Of a stretch of DNA of 64,000 nt, positions 1 through 9,616 are shown piece after piece; the first letter of the stretch is position 1, and each line of letters begins with the position of its first letter. Source of the DNA: an uncultured virus (IMG/VR IMGVR_UViG_3300037087_000757) (lineage: Duplodnaviria > Heunggongvirae > Uroviricota > Caudoviricetes). A model generated the notes under the pieces. The model was not told the DNA's origin. It worked only from the letters and a program-made list of their open reading frames with translations, and searched no databases. The stretch lies in the IMG/VR virus record IMGVR_UViG_3300037087_000757; one strand, given 5' to 3'. The position numbers and the translations under genes were made by a program.

Positions 1-483
1 TTTATTTATTTTTGTTTCTCTAAATGATTTTAAAGATTTTTCTACAATTTCTTTATTATTTAATGGACTATTTCCACCATATCTCTCATTGTTAGTTTTA
101 ATGGTTTTTTGTTTAATTTCATTATTCATTCCCGGTGCTTTTGTTCCAAATTTCTCATAAGATTTTTTTTCTTTTATTTCTTTTATTCTCGGATCACCAC
201 TTATACATTGTATTGAACAATAATCATAATAACCCAAAGTTGAGTTGTGATATTTGGTTTCATTATTACAATCTGGATGCTTGCATAATATCTTGTCTTT
301 TATATCATGAACATAATGATATATTTTTTCTTTAAATGGTATATCGATTAATCTATCATTACAATAACTTATAACCTCAGTATAAATCTCAAAATAATTG
401 TTTTTAAGATACTTTTCATTATACATTCTTCCAGATGTTCCATTGTTATTTTTTATAATATTTACTGTTTCTTGATAATTCAT
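1..483 (-). CDS. Homing-endonuclease-like protein, N-terminal part (runs off the window)
   Basis: Not in ORF track. Manual translation from ATG at 483: MNYQETVNIIKNNNGTSGRMYNEKYLK...CKHPDC...YCSIQC...EKFG...TNNERYG; Cys zinc module plus TNxERYG repeats typical of free-standing phage endonucleases. Confidence 0.6.
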   Translation of the reverse strand, partial: MNYQETVNIIKNNNGTSGRMYNEKYLKNNYFEIYTEVISYCNDRLIDIPFKEKIYHYVHDIKDKILCKHPDCNNETKYHNSTLGYYDYCSIQCISGDPRIKEIKEKKSYEKFGTKAPGMNNEIKQKTIKTNNERYGGNSPLNNKEIVEKSLKSFRETKINK

Positions 484-548
484 ATTGATATGTATCCTTT
501 ATTCCTATATATAAAATAAAAAATACAAAGTTTTAATTTTATGGCATT

Positions 549-577
549 AAAAAAGGGAATCGTTGATTCCCTTTTTT
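549..577. terminator. Intrinsic terminator after the tail sheath gene (symmetric, potentially bidirectional)
   Basis: AAAAAAGGGAATC-GTT-GATTCCCTTTTTT perfect hairpin with A and T tracts. Confidence 0.85.
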
Positions 578-594
578 CTTTATCACATTTCTTG

Positions 595-3500
595 TTAGAT
601 TTGTTTGTTACTTGGTACGAAACCACCAGATTGAATACTACCTTTTTTAAGGATGATAATATTGTTAACAATTGTACCCATTCCTTTGATAATTTCAATA
701 TATGTATCAAGAACCCCCATTTGAAGATCAATGATATAATCTGTATTATTAGATTTATCCATAACATTCTTGAAGTTATACAGAGCGTTAGCGTCCCAAA
801 GTTCTTTACAGATTTGATCTGCTCTGTATTTGATTTCGTTACGAATTTCAGCGGTATTGAATCTCCACTGGTAATTCAATAACATATCATATAATCTATT
901 TTCAAGTTCGATAAGAACTTCACGACTATGGATTATACTCAATGAACTGTATGGGAAAACTTGAGCTGTGTTTTCAGAGTTAATGTAATAACCTCTTTTT
1001 TCTGTTTTATCAATTGGGTTGGCTCCCATATTCATAAGATCTAAAAGGTTATCATCATTAAATACCATTTCAGTTGAACTAACATCTGGTAATGAACCTA
1101 AGATTGCTCCAGCTACTATTGTCCAAGGATAAATACCACCTGTGGTTGTTAAGAACTTGTTCATGTAGGCCTTGGCTATTTTAGCTGATGGTGGAACGAA
1201 TTTACTTGGATCATCTGTACCCTTGATATAAGGGAAGAAATATCCAACACAACTTCTACCATCTACATCAGCTCCCTTCTTACCAAAACTGTATAAGAAA
1301 CTTGGATTAGCGTCTGGGTTTCCACCTTCTGCTAAATAAGCTGTATTCAAAGTTCTATCCGTATTAATAAAACTTGGATTGTTTGAAGTTTTCAACTGAC
1401 GAACACTTGGCATGTTAAGGAATCCAAAACAGTTAAGTTTTAAACCACAAAGGTCAACCATTTCTTGTTTCGAATTAGCTGTCAAACCTAAACCGAATGA
1501 GTCAATCATATATCTCCAAGAGATTCTATTCTTATTTGCTAATCCTTTAGCTAAATTTGTAGACTTGTCAATAACACTTAATATTTGCTGTTGACGAGCG
1601 TCTGTTCCATTTGGAATTGAATCTGGATGAATTGTGAAAGGTTTCATCGTTATACCAACATACTCATTGAAATAATCATCAATTGATTGGTATGATGTTG
1701 TATAATAATCATGTGCCGATATTGTTCCGTTATCTGTGATCTTAATTGGACCATCAGCGTACAATATCTTATAATTTGGATTTACGGTATCATTCTTTAT
1801 GTCCACGATACGAACCAATTTTCTTGGAATCATTCCTAATAAGAAACCTTCCCCACTTGGTCCATCAAAATATGTTGTATCATAATAAGCTTCTAAGTAC
1901 ATTCCTCTTACTAAATTAGCGTATCTTGTTTTATCAACATAAATTACTGTCGTATTTGTAAGATCGGTGATGTAATCAGGATTTTGAATTTCAACTGTTT
2001 CTTTCAAATTACCTCTGTCTGAATAAATAACAACTTCTGAATCATAATTTGTTGACCATTGAGAAATATCATATGATGAACCAGTACTATCAACAAATTT
2101 AGCAATTAAGTTTCCTGATGCATCTAAGTACATTTTCAAGAATACTTTTGTTTCTGTTGAACCACTTACATTATTAACATAGAAATAATCTCCATTGTTG
2201 ATTATACCATTGTAGTAATCCAAGTAGAAATTACTGTATTTGGCTACAATACCAATTTTTTGATTTGATGGTAATGTGTAATAATCCAAAGGATGGTTTG
2301 TTGTTATCAAAGTGTTGACGGCTACGAAATCATCCATTACAAATTCATTATCTACATAATAAACCAAGAATGAACTATTTGATGTTTTGAAATAATCAAA
2401 TGGTTGTGTAGTAGAATCAAAATATATTCTGATATAACCATCAGTTGATGTAGTTGGTGCAACTACTGTTGGATTTAAAATTGAGAATTTATCTCCATAT
2501 CCACCCAATGTCTGCCAACCACCACTTATGATAACAGACTTATTAGTTAATAAGTTTGTGTAAATTTCAGTGAAGGTTTTAGTCAATCTCAATTTAGCGT
2601 AATTTGTATAATCAATTGATCCTGCTGTTCCAACAAAAGTTAAATCCAAGAAATTAATTCCTGAAGTTATACCACTTGTACCAATTATACTTCCTGTACC
2701 AAATGGTAAATATGAACTCGTATCAACTGTTACTGAATTCCATGTATATGTGATTGATGGTAAAGAACCACCAGATATAGCGTTATAAGTTATTTGTGCA
2801 TAACCTAAAATAATAGTATTTTCATTACTCAATAAGTAATTAGGTTTAGTAGGTGATGTCCCAACAACTTGATTACCTTTTAAGGTATGAATTGTCGTAT
2901 AATCACTACTTAAATAAACCACATCATATCTACTGTATGAAATTCCACTGTTAGTAATAACAAGAGGTTCGTGGAATAAAATAGGTTCTTGTAATCCTGT
3001 TGATCCGCTGTAAATGGTCTGTCCAATTATATAAGACCAAGGATTAGAACTCGTATCAGCGAATTCTTGTTTCAAACTGTAAATAAATAAATTGGTTGTT
3101 CCAGCGGTTAGAGTAATTGGACTTCCACCCTGAGTTAAGGAAACTGTTATAACATTAGTACCACCACCACTTACAATGTAGTAAGGTGTGGTATATACTA
3201 CTGACCCAAATGATTTACTAAAATAAATAATATCATCATTTTCTAAGGTATAAGTTAAACCAGTTAATGTTATTGTACCACCAGTTGTATAACTCGAAAT
3301 ATTATAAGCGTATGAATTTGTTACGGCTGATGGTGAAATATTGGTATACCAATCTGTGTAATTTGCTGTTCTTCCACTTACAAGAGATACATCCATATGA
3401 GAAGAGTAATTACCAAAAACATTAGTTAAACTATCAAGTTGTTTCTCTTTGTAGGCTAAGCTTTCACTAATACTACCAAAATAAGACATGAAATTAATAG

Positions 3501-4491
3501 TCGTTTTATTACTACCGACTAATGTTTGACCAATAAGATCAATATTTCCTTTGTAAAAATCTGAACTCATTAAAGCATCTTCATCATAGTAACAGAACAA
3601 TCCAGTTTTATCGGTGTCGGCGTTTATGACATCCTTAACATACATATCCAATCCGTTAAGATCTCTGAAATTAGGAATCAATGAACAATCATAATATGCG
3701 ATTCTATTAACTAAATCATCATTTAAGAAATTAACAGTTTGTGATTTTATAAGACCATTTACATCGAAGTATTTACTCCAATATGAATCTACTGCCAAAG
3801 CTGCGTAATTGGTGAAATCACCAGCAACAGATAAAACGGTAATCATATAATCTGAAATCCAATCTTTCGGGAACATGAATAGAGGAACTTTATCTGCACT
3901 TCCATACCAAGATTCAGCTGTTACATCAAATCCAGTAATAGATGATTTATATATGAAAGTCGTTAATCTTACAGTACCAATGTTAGTGATACTAAATAAG
4001 TTTTTAGCTGGGTCAGGTTGTACTGTTGGATTTTCAGTGAAATTTTCTATAACGATATCACCGAATGACTCAGTATCTCTTTCCCAGAAATCTTGTCTAT
4101 TGAAAAATCTTTCATATGGAGCTGTTATTTTAGTTCCATTATCATATTGTGATGATACAGAAATAGATTCATATTCGAGAGTATCCCTTGTAGGATCTGT
4201 TACTAATAAATTCAATGCCCAAACAGGACCAGTGTTTAACATATCTTCAACTATTCTGTGGAAGAATGATCCCTTGTTTTCCAAATTTTTGTCAAGTGTA
4301 CCGAATATGGATTCAAATTCAGCTGGACTATCAACTCTAACTGGACGATTTACGGGTCCCTTTTTTGAAAAACCCGGCACCAAATTTATCAAAACATCTT
4401 GAATAGGAAGTTCTACTACGGATTGATCAATTTCTGGTTGGTAAATCTTTGGTAATCTATATTTCCCAAGGTTTTTGTTATCTATTGGCAT
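595..4491 (-). CDS. Contractile tail sheath protein, 1298 aa, with large central insertion
   Basis: N-terminal PKIYQPEID...GFSKKGPVNRP...FESIFG and C-terminal sheath features (FVPPSA, PWTIVAG, GANPI, SLSIIHSREVLIELE, FNTAEIR) as in T4 gp18-like sheaths. Confidence 0.9.
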   Translation of the reverse strand: MPIDNKNLGKYRLPKIYQPEIDQSVVELPIQDVLINLVPGFSKKGPVNRPVRVDSPAEFESIFGTLDKNLENKGSFFHRIVEDMLNTGPVWALNLLVTDPTRDTLEYESISVSSQYDNGTKITAPYERFFNRQDFWERDTESFGDIVIENFTENPTVQPDPAKNLFSITNIGTVRLTTFIYKSSITGFDVTAESWYGSADKVPLFMFPKDWISDYMITVLSVAGDFTNYAALAVDSYWSKYFDVNGLIKSQTVNFLNDDLVNRIAYYDCSLIPNFRDLNGLDMYVKDVINADTDKTGLFCYYDEDALMSSDFYKGNIDLIGQTLVGSNKTTINFMSYFGSISESLAYKEKQLDSLTNVFGNYSSHMDVSLVSGRTANYTDWYTNISPSAVTNSYAYNISSYTTGGTITLTGLTYTLENDDIIYFSKSFGSVVYTTPYYIVSGGGTNVITVSLTQGGSPITLTAGTTNLFIYSLKQEFADTSSNPWSYIIGQTIYSGSTGLQEPILFHEPLVITNSGISYSRYDVVYLSSDYTTIHTLKGNQVVGTSPTKPNYLLSNENTIILGYAQITYNAISGGSLPSITYTWNSVTVDTSSYLPFGTGSIIGTSGITSGINFLDLTFVGTAGSIDYTNYAKLRLTKTFTEIYTNLLTNKSVIISGGWQTLGGYGDKFSILNPTVVAPTTSTDGYIRIYFDSTTQPFDYFKTSNSSFLVYYVDNEFVMDDFVAVNTLITTNHPLDYYTLPSNQKIGIVAKYSNFYLDYYNGIINNGDYFYVNNVSGSTETKVFLKMYLDASGNLIAKFVDSTGSSYDISQWSTNYDSEVVIYSDRGNLKETVEIQNPDYITDLTNTTVIYVDKTRYANLVRGMYLEAYYDTTYFDGPSGEGFLLGMIPRKLVRIVDIKNDTVNPNYKILYADGPIKITDNGTISAHDYYTTSYQSIDDYFNEYVGITMKPFTIHPDSIPNGTDARQQQILSVIDKSTNLAKGLANKNRISWRYMIDSFGLGLTANSKQEMVDLCGLKLNCFGFLNMPSVRQLKTSNNPSFINTDRTLNTAYLAEGGNPDANPSFLYSFGKKGADVDGRSCVGYFFPYIKGTDDPSKFVPPSAKIAKAYMNKFLTTTGGIYPWTIVAGAILGSLPDVSSTEMVFNDDNLLDLMNMGANPIDKTEKRGYYINSENTAQVFPYSSLSIIHSREVLIELENRLYDMLLNYQWRFNTAEIRNEIKYRADQICKELWDANALYNFKNVMDKSNNTDYIIDLQMGVLDTYIEIIKGMGTIVNNIIILKKGSIQSGGFVPSNKQI

Positions 4492-4512
4492 GATGTCTTA
4501 ATTATTTTTTAT

Positions 4513-4523
4513 TATATATTAAA
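4513..4523 (-). promoter_or_regulatory. Putative late promoter TTTAATATATA (one of many copies)
   Basis: Same motif recurs about 20-30 nt upstream of most structural genes; see findings. Confidence 0.65.
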
Positions 4524-4544
4524 ATATGAAACTCATTTTTCATT

Positions 4545-4718
4545 TTACTTCTTTAAAGGACATTCATTTGTTTCTTCGACTTTTACTTCAGTTGTTTCAA
4601 CTTTTTTTTCTTCAACAATGTCAAGTCCGACTTCAGTTCTTTTAGTTTTCGTAGCTTCTTTTGCTTTCCAATTAGCTTTGAAATCTTCAAAATCTAATAA
4701 ATTTTCTAATTTCTTCAT
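4545..4718 (-). CDS. 57-aa hypothetical protein (MKKLENLLDFEDFK...)
   Basis: Manual translation; preceded by the late motif at 4741-4750; N-terminus resembles the putative capsid-targeting leader seen elsewhere in the window. Confidence 0.65.
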   Translation of the reverse strand: MKKLENLLDFEDFKANWKAKEATKTKRTEVGLDIVEEKKVETTEVKVEETNECPLKK

Positions 4719-4854
4719 ATTGTACTGATTGTTTTTTATGTATATATTAATTATTTTTCTCGATTTTTTATTACTTTCTAAAACTTATATATTGTATTTT
4801 CTTAAACCTTTCATTCTATTTTTTCATAAAATACTATTAAACAAACTGAAAAGA

Positions 4855-5844
4855 ATGATAGACATAATTTACAAGTCACATTGGGAAAAAATGAGCCCCG
4901 AAGAATTGATTAGTTTTAAACAATCAATATTCGATCATTATAGAACCAATGGATTCCCGTATTTTCCTAAACCCAACATCGAAGAAGAAGTAAATAAAAT
5001 TAAAAATTATCTTAGTAAAAGTACTATCATTACTGATAAAAGAATAAAACAAACCATGCATGGTCTTAATATTTGCTGGTATTATTTTCCTCATTCGTGG
5101 GAAGTAAAATGTAGTAATATGTTATCTCCGATGGAAACTTTTTTAGATGATGAAAAATTTCGTAAGGTTATAGATAAAAGAATGAAATTTGACACATACA
5201 TAAGTGATGGTGGAATGAGAAAACAATTAAGAATTCATACTGGAACTCAAAGTGTATCTAATTTCAGACCTACTTCAGCATATGCCATTTATGAATATTT
5301 TGGAGGTGGTGTCGTATATGATATGTCCTCAGGTTATGGTGGAAGATTATTAGGATCTTTTCTTTCGGAAAAAGTAAAAAAATATATTGGAGTAGATCCA
5401 TGTAAACAAACATATGAAGGATTATTGAATCTTAGAAATGATCTAAATTATACAAATTCAGAAATATATAACATTGGGAGCGAGGATTTTATACCAGAAA
5501 AAGATAGTATTGATTTGTGTTTTACATCACCACCTTATTTTGATACCGAGAGATATTCCGATGAAGATACACAAAGTTGGAAAAAATATCCGACAAAAGA
5601 ATTGTGGATGAATGAATTTTTATATTTAACAGTTAAGAATTGTATTCATGGACTTCGATCTGGTGGTCATTTAGCTATGAACATATCAAATGTTAAATCT
5701 TATCCCGGCTTAGAATTTGATTTTATATTCATGATGAACCAATTTGATGAACTAAAATTCACGGATAAATTATTCTATTCTCTTAGTGCAATAAACAAAG
5801 GGGGATTTAAATTTGAACCCATTTTCATCTTTACCAAAATATAA
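4855..5844 (+). CDS. SAM-dependent DNA amino-methyltransferase (N4-C/N6-A type)
   Basis: SNFRP, YDMSSGYGGRLLG (SAM binding), YIGVDP, FTSPPYF (catalytic). Start moved from TTG 4729 to ATG 4855 because the extension overlaps the divergent promoter region. Confidence 0.8.
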   Translation: MIDIIYKSHWEKMSPEELISFKQSIFDHYRTNGFPYFPKPNIEEEVNKIKNYLSKSTIITDKRIKQTMHGLNICWYYFPHSWEVKCSNMLSPMETFLDDEKFRKVIDKRMKFDTYISDGGMRKQLRIHTGTQSVSNFRPTSAYAIYEYFGGGVVYDMSSGYGGRLLGSFLSEKVKKYIGVDPCKQTYEGLLNLRNDLNYTNSEIYNIGSEDFIPEKDSIDLCFTSPPYFDTERYSDEDTQSWKKYPTKELWMNEFLYLTVKNCIHGLRSGGHLAMNISNVKSYPGLEFDFIFMMNQFDELKFTDKLFYSLSAINKGGFKFEPIFIFTKI

Positions 5845-5876
5845 TTTTTTTATTAATTGAATTCTCCATATATTTG
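5842..5876 (+). promoter_or_regulatory. Putative early, host-type promoter TAATTTTTTTATT-N14-TATATTTG
   Basis: TAnnTTTG matches the Bacteroidota -7 box; same spacing at 8097, 9564, 13925 and 21921. Confidence 0.65.
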
Positions 5877-6057
5877 TAAAATGTATTCTCATATAACAGC
5901 TTATAAAGCACCGAAATTCTCATTGAAACCAATAGTATTTATACATTGGAAGAAACCGAATTTTGTTCATAAACTTTATTTCAGTTTTGTGTGGTTAGGT
6001 TTTGTAATATTTTTTAAGTATGGTCGAAAATAAAAATAAATAATTAAAATTATAATT

Positions 6058-6513
6058 ATGTCACATTCAAGTCATTATGGTTCTTTCACTATTCATTGTA
6101 GCGGTGATTACAGTGGGCCTTTTTCGATTAACAACTCAATAAGATATATATCGGGTGAGGATAAATCTAAGGATATCATCAAAAATGAATATGGTTCACC
6201 CACTTATATTAGTATCAAATACAACGGTGGATTTAATGGATTAGTGAGACTCACCAAAAAAGCCATCTTCAACCATCAGAAACAACTCAAGATAAGTGGA
6301 GTTGATGAAGATAGTAATAAGAGGAAATCTTTTCTCGTAAACACAGATGATGTTCTTGATTTCATTATACAAAAGGAAAAATTTCAAACAATTTGTAAAA
6401 TTGAGAATATGGACAGTATGACTTTCTTCAAAAAGTTCATGGGTCTAAGTAAAATGAATTGGTCTATTGGATGTGGTTATCCACCAATAGTAATAACAAA
6501 AAATGAAAGTTAA
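6058..6513 (+). CDS. Hypothetical protein
   Basis: 151-aa ORF overlapping the next gene start. Confidence 0.6.
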   Translation: MSHSSHYGSFTIHCSGDYSGPFSINNSIRYISGEDKSKDIIKNEYGSPTYISIKYNGGFNGLVRLTKKAIFNHQKQLKISGVDEDSNKRKSFLVNTDDVLDFIIQKEKFQTICKIENMDSMTFFKKFMGLSKMNWSIGCGYPPIVITKNES

Positions 6514-7129
6514 ATATCCAAAAACGAAGCATTTACCTTGGTCCGAGGGATTAACAAGAGGAGATAAAGTTCTCGAATCTCTTGATTCTTTCCTTGGAAA
6601 AGAAATCGTAGCGCTTTATAAAATGGATGGGGAAAATTCAACTCTCAAAAATGATTGTACTTATGCTCGTTCTTTGGATGGTGGAGATCATCCGACAAGA
6701 CATTGGCTAAAAGGTTTATGGGGGAGAATATGTCAAGACATCCCTGAAAATTGGAGAATTTGTGGAGAAAATTTATATGCCGTTCATTCAATTACATATA
6801 CTGATTTACCATCTTATTTCATGGTATTCAATATTTGGGATGAAAATAATATGTGTCTATCATATGATGAAACATTATCTTGGTGTGAATTATTAGGATT
6901 AGATCACACTGGACTTATATGGCGTGGTATATTTGACGAAAATGTTTTGAGAAATATAAGTTCAAATTTTGACACAGAAAAAAACGAAGGATTTGTAATT
7001 CGTCTTACTGAGAGTTTTCATTTTGATGATTTTCAAAAATGTACAGCCAAGTGGGTTCGTGCACATCATGTTCAAACAAGTACTCATTGGAAATATGATA
7101 AAATAATAAAGAACGGACTAAAAACATAA
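6503..7129 (+). CDS. RNA ligase family nucleotidyltransferase
   Basis: KYPKTKHLPWS, motif I KMDGEN, ICGEN, FMVFNI, EGFVIR, AKWVR. Confidence 0.85.
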   Translation: MKVKYPKTKHLPWSEGLTRGDKVLESLDSFLGKEIVALYKMDGENSTLKNDCTYARSLDGGDHPTRHWLKGLWGRICQDIPENWRICGENLYAVHSITYTDLPSYFMVFNIWDENNMCLSYDETLSWCELLGLDHTGLIWRGIFDENVLRNISSNFDTEKNEGFVIRLTESFHFDDFQKCTAKWVRAHHVQTSTHWKYDKIIKNGLKT

Positions 7130-7181
7130 ATCTTGGTACGATTATTGTTAATCAATATATAATAAAAAAACAAAACAACTT

Positions 7182-8099
7182 ATGAAAAAATTATTATCCT
7201 CACTTATTCTTCTCGTTTTCTTATCAAGTATTTTGATAGGATGTTCACCAAAAACGAAACCAACAGCCATTAAAACAAGATATGAAATTCAAATGATGGC
7301 AAGACAGCAAGAACAGGATCAACAGAATCAAGACACTACACAAATGGATCTCTCTCAAGCTGGTGAATCTCAAATACCAGATGAATATAATATTAACATT
7401 ATAGATCCAATTCCTTACTGGAGTTTCTATTATACATGGAATCCTTATTCATATTACTATCCGTATTTTTATTACCCAAATTATTTCTATGGATATTATC
7501 CACCTTATTACTATGATTATGGTTGGGGTTGGAATTATGGCTGGAATCATCATAATCATTGGGGATGGAATTGGAATCATCACAGACATGGTGATTGGAA
7601 TCATCACAGGGGGAATGGTAATATAAATCCAAACCCAAGAACTCATAATGGAAATATTTCAAATCAAAGAAATCTGAGATCAAATCCGAAACCTAATCCA
7701 AGAACAATCAATAATAGAACGAATAATAAAGTTCAACCAAAATATACAAGAGAAAAGGCACAAAGCTATTCTTCTCCAGCCTATCGTCAAGCTAAAAGTA
7801 GTCAGGAATATAGAAGAAACATAGATAGTAGATTTAATCAAAAAAATAACTACGAACAGAATAACTATAAACAGAATAACAATCGTATTAATCAACCACC
7901 TTCTTCAAATCCATCAAGAAGTTATTCGAATCCATCGAAAACTTATTCAACCCCTCGAAATAATAATTATAACTATAATAGTAGACCAAATCAACCTCCA
8001 TATTCAAATCCATCAAGAAGTTATTCAAATCCATCAAGAAGTGCACCATCTGGTGGAAATAGGGGAAGTGGTGGAAGATCTGGGGGTGGAAAAAGATAA
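7182..8099 (+). CDS. Lipoprotein with Tyr/Pro/Trp-rich core and Asn/Ser/Arg-rich disordered tail
   Basis: Signal peptide ending ILIGC; YYPY and WGW repeats; SNPSRSY repeats. Confidence 0.7.
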   Translation: MKKLLSSLILLVFLSSILIGCSPKTKPTAIKTRYEIQMMARQQEQDQQNQDTTQMDLSQAGESQIPDEYNINIIDPIPYWSFYYTWNPYSYYYPYFYYPNYFYGYYPPYYYDYGWGWNYGWNHHNHWGWNWNHHRHGDWNHHRGNGNINPNPRTHNGNISNQRNLRSNPKPNPRTINNRTNNKVQPKYTREKAQSYSSPAYRQAKSSQEYRRNIDSRFNQKNNYEQNNYKQNNNRINQPPSSNPSRSYSNPSKTYSTPRNNNYNYNSRPNQPPYSNPSRSYSNPSRSAPSGGNRGSGGRSGGGKR

Positions 8100-8147
8100 T
8101 TTTTTTATTTCAATTTTATTGTTTACCTTTACCAAAAATTCAAATAT

Positions 8148-8528
8148 ATGAAAACAAGATTCATGTTTTTAATGATGATTCTCATTGTTCTTATCTTTAT
8201 CTTTGGCTGTACAAATGAAGAACCAAAGTATAAAATAGTAAAAACGGGAACTGAAACAACAGAAGGATCAAAATATGATGACTCTGAAAATTTATCCATC
8301 ATTGGGGAAACTCAAATTCAAGGGTGCGATTATTTTGTTGTCCGTACCTATTGCCATGATATTCCTATCCATAAGGGAAATTGTAGGAATCCAATTCATC
8401 ACCATTCTTTCGATTCAACTAAATATGTTGAAAAAATTCAATTGGATAGTATGAAAATAGATTTCCTTGAAAAGAAAGTTAAGATACTGGAAAAAACAGA
8501 AAATTTACAGATTTACAAAAACAAATAA
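8148..8528 (+). CDS. Putative lipoprotein
   Basis: Lipobox IFGC; HKGNCRNPIH motif. Confidence 0.65.
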   Translation: MKTRFMFLMMILIVLIFIFGCTNEEPKYKIVKTGTETTEGSKYDDSENLSIIGETQIQGCDYFVVRTYCHDIPIHKGNCRNPIHHHSFDSTKYVEKIQLDSMKIDFLEKKVKILEKTENLQIYKNK

Positions 8529-8529
8529 G

Positions 8530-8979
8530 ATGAAATCAACAATGTTATTTTTCATGATATCAATTTTTATGATATCATGTATCAACACTACACCCCAAAT
8601 CAAACCAATTAACGAAAATATGGTTTTAGGTGGAAATCACGAACTCAGAAGATTTAATGTAAAAGATAAGACAACGACTGAATCTTCTGGTGTCTTTTTT
8701 CTTCTAATCGGTGGTTTTAATTCCAAAACGATCACTGAAACAACTGTTAGATTTTATTTTCTTAACTATGGTAAAGAATATCAATTCATGGAATTACCAT
8801 TAAATAAAATAAATATAAAAATCGACAATAGTATTCAATCACCATATATAAAATTTGGATGGTATGGCTTATGTGGAAGTGATAATTGGAGAAATTACTA
8901 TGATGATGTATATAGAGCTGTTATATACTGTAAAGATACTGATTTTCAACCCGAAATAAATATTAATGATTTAAGATAA
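8530..8979 (+). CDS. Putative lipoprotein
   Basis: ATG at 8530 gives MKSTMLFFMISIFMISC lipobox. Confidence 0.6.
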   Translation: MKSTMLFFMISIFMISCINTTPQIKPINENMVLGGNHELRRFNVKDKTTTESSGVFFLLIGGFNSKTITETTVRFYFLNYGKEYQFMELPLNKINIKIDNSIQSPYIKFGWYGLCGSDNWRNYYDDVYRAVIYCKDTDFQPEININDLR

Positions 8980-8983
8980 ACCT

Positions 8984-9283
8984 ATGAAAACAATTAAAAT
9001 TTTATTTTTGTGTCTGATAGTGGACTCGTTGTTCACATCATGTGCCGAACCAAAAACATTCAAAGACAAAACAGGTAAAGAATTCACAGCCGAACCTTTT
9101 GGTTGGGCTAATGAAAACTCCCGAAAGAACGATACCGTAGTTTATGAAATAAATGTCGGTAATGTTATATTGGATGTTCTTTTTTGTGAAACAGCAATAG
9201 TTCCAGTAGTTCTAACAGGATGTCAATTTTATGAACCAGTTAGACTTAAAAATGTGTCAGAAGCAAATCAAAAAACCGATTAA
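8984..9283 (+). CDS. Putative lipoprotein / membrane protein
   Basis: FTSC lipobox and hydrophobic C-terminal segment. Confidence 0.6.
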   Translation: MKTIKILFLCLIVDSLFTSCAEPKTFKDKTGKEFTAEPFGWANENSRKNDTVVYEINVGNVILDVLFCETAIVPVVLTGCQFYEPVRLKNVSEANQKTD

Positions 9284-9566
9284 TCAGAGGTCCACGTCGG
9301 AACTGTTATTATTTTACTTTTGTTTTATTTTTATTGGAGAAGAAATTGATATGTTCGGATGTATATTTGACATAATAATTGTAACACTATCCATTATAAT
9401 CTCACCTTGGATTTTACTGTTCTTATTACTATCTAAGGATTATGATGATCCATCCACCGTAATTAATATCGGTTGGTGTATTGGTGTTATAATCTTTGCT
9501 CTTTTATTCTCCCCTTGGTGGTTACTTTTATTATTACTCGACATTGTTTCATTGTCAAAGGAATAA
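9231..9566 (+). CDS. Small membrane protein (start uncertain)
   Basis: Duplicated hydrophobic SPW-ILL/LLL hairpins. Confidence 0.5.
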   Translation: MNQLDLKMCQKQIKKPINQRSTSELLLFYFCFIFIGEEIDMFGCIFDIIIVTLSIIISPWILLFLLLSKDYDDPSTVINIGWCIGVIIFALLFSPWWLLLLLLDIVSLSKE

Positions 9567-9616
9567 TTTTTTTATTTCAGAAGAATTTCGTATATTTGTA
9601 TTCTTAAATTAACTTC

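Noticed and set aside
135..4402. Short ORFs overlapping or antisense to the sheath gene and the left-end gene
   Set aside because: They overlap better-supported genes and have no recognisable motifs.
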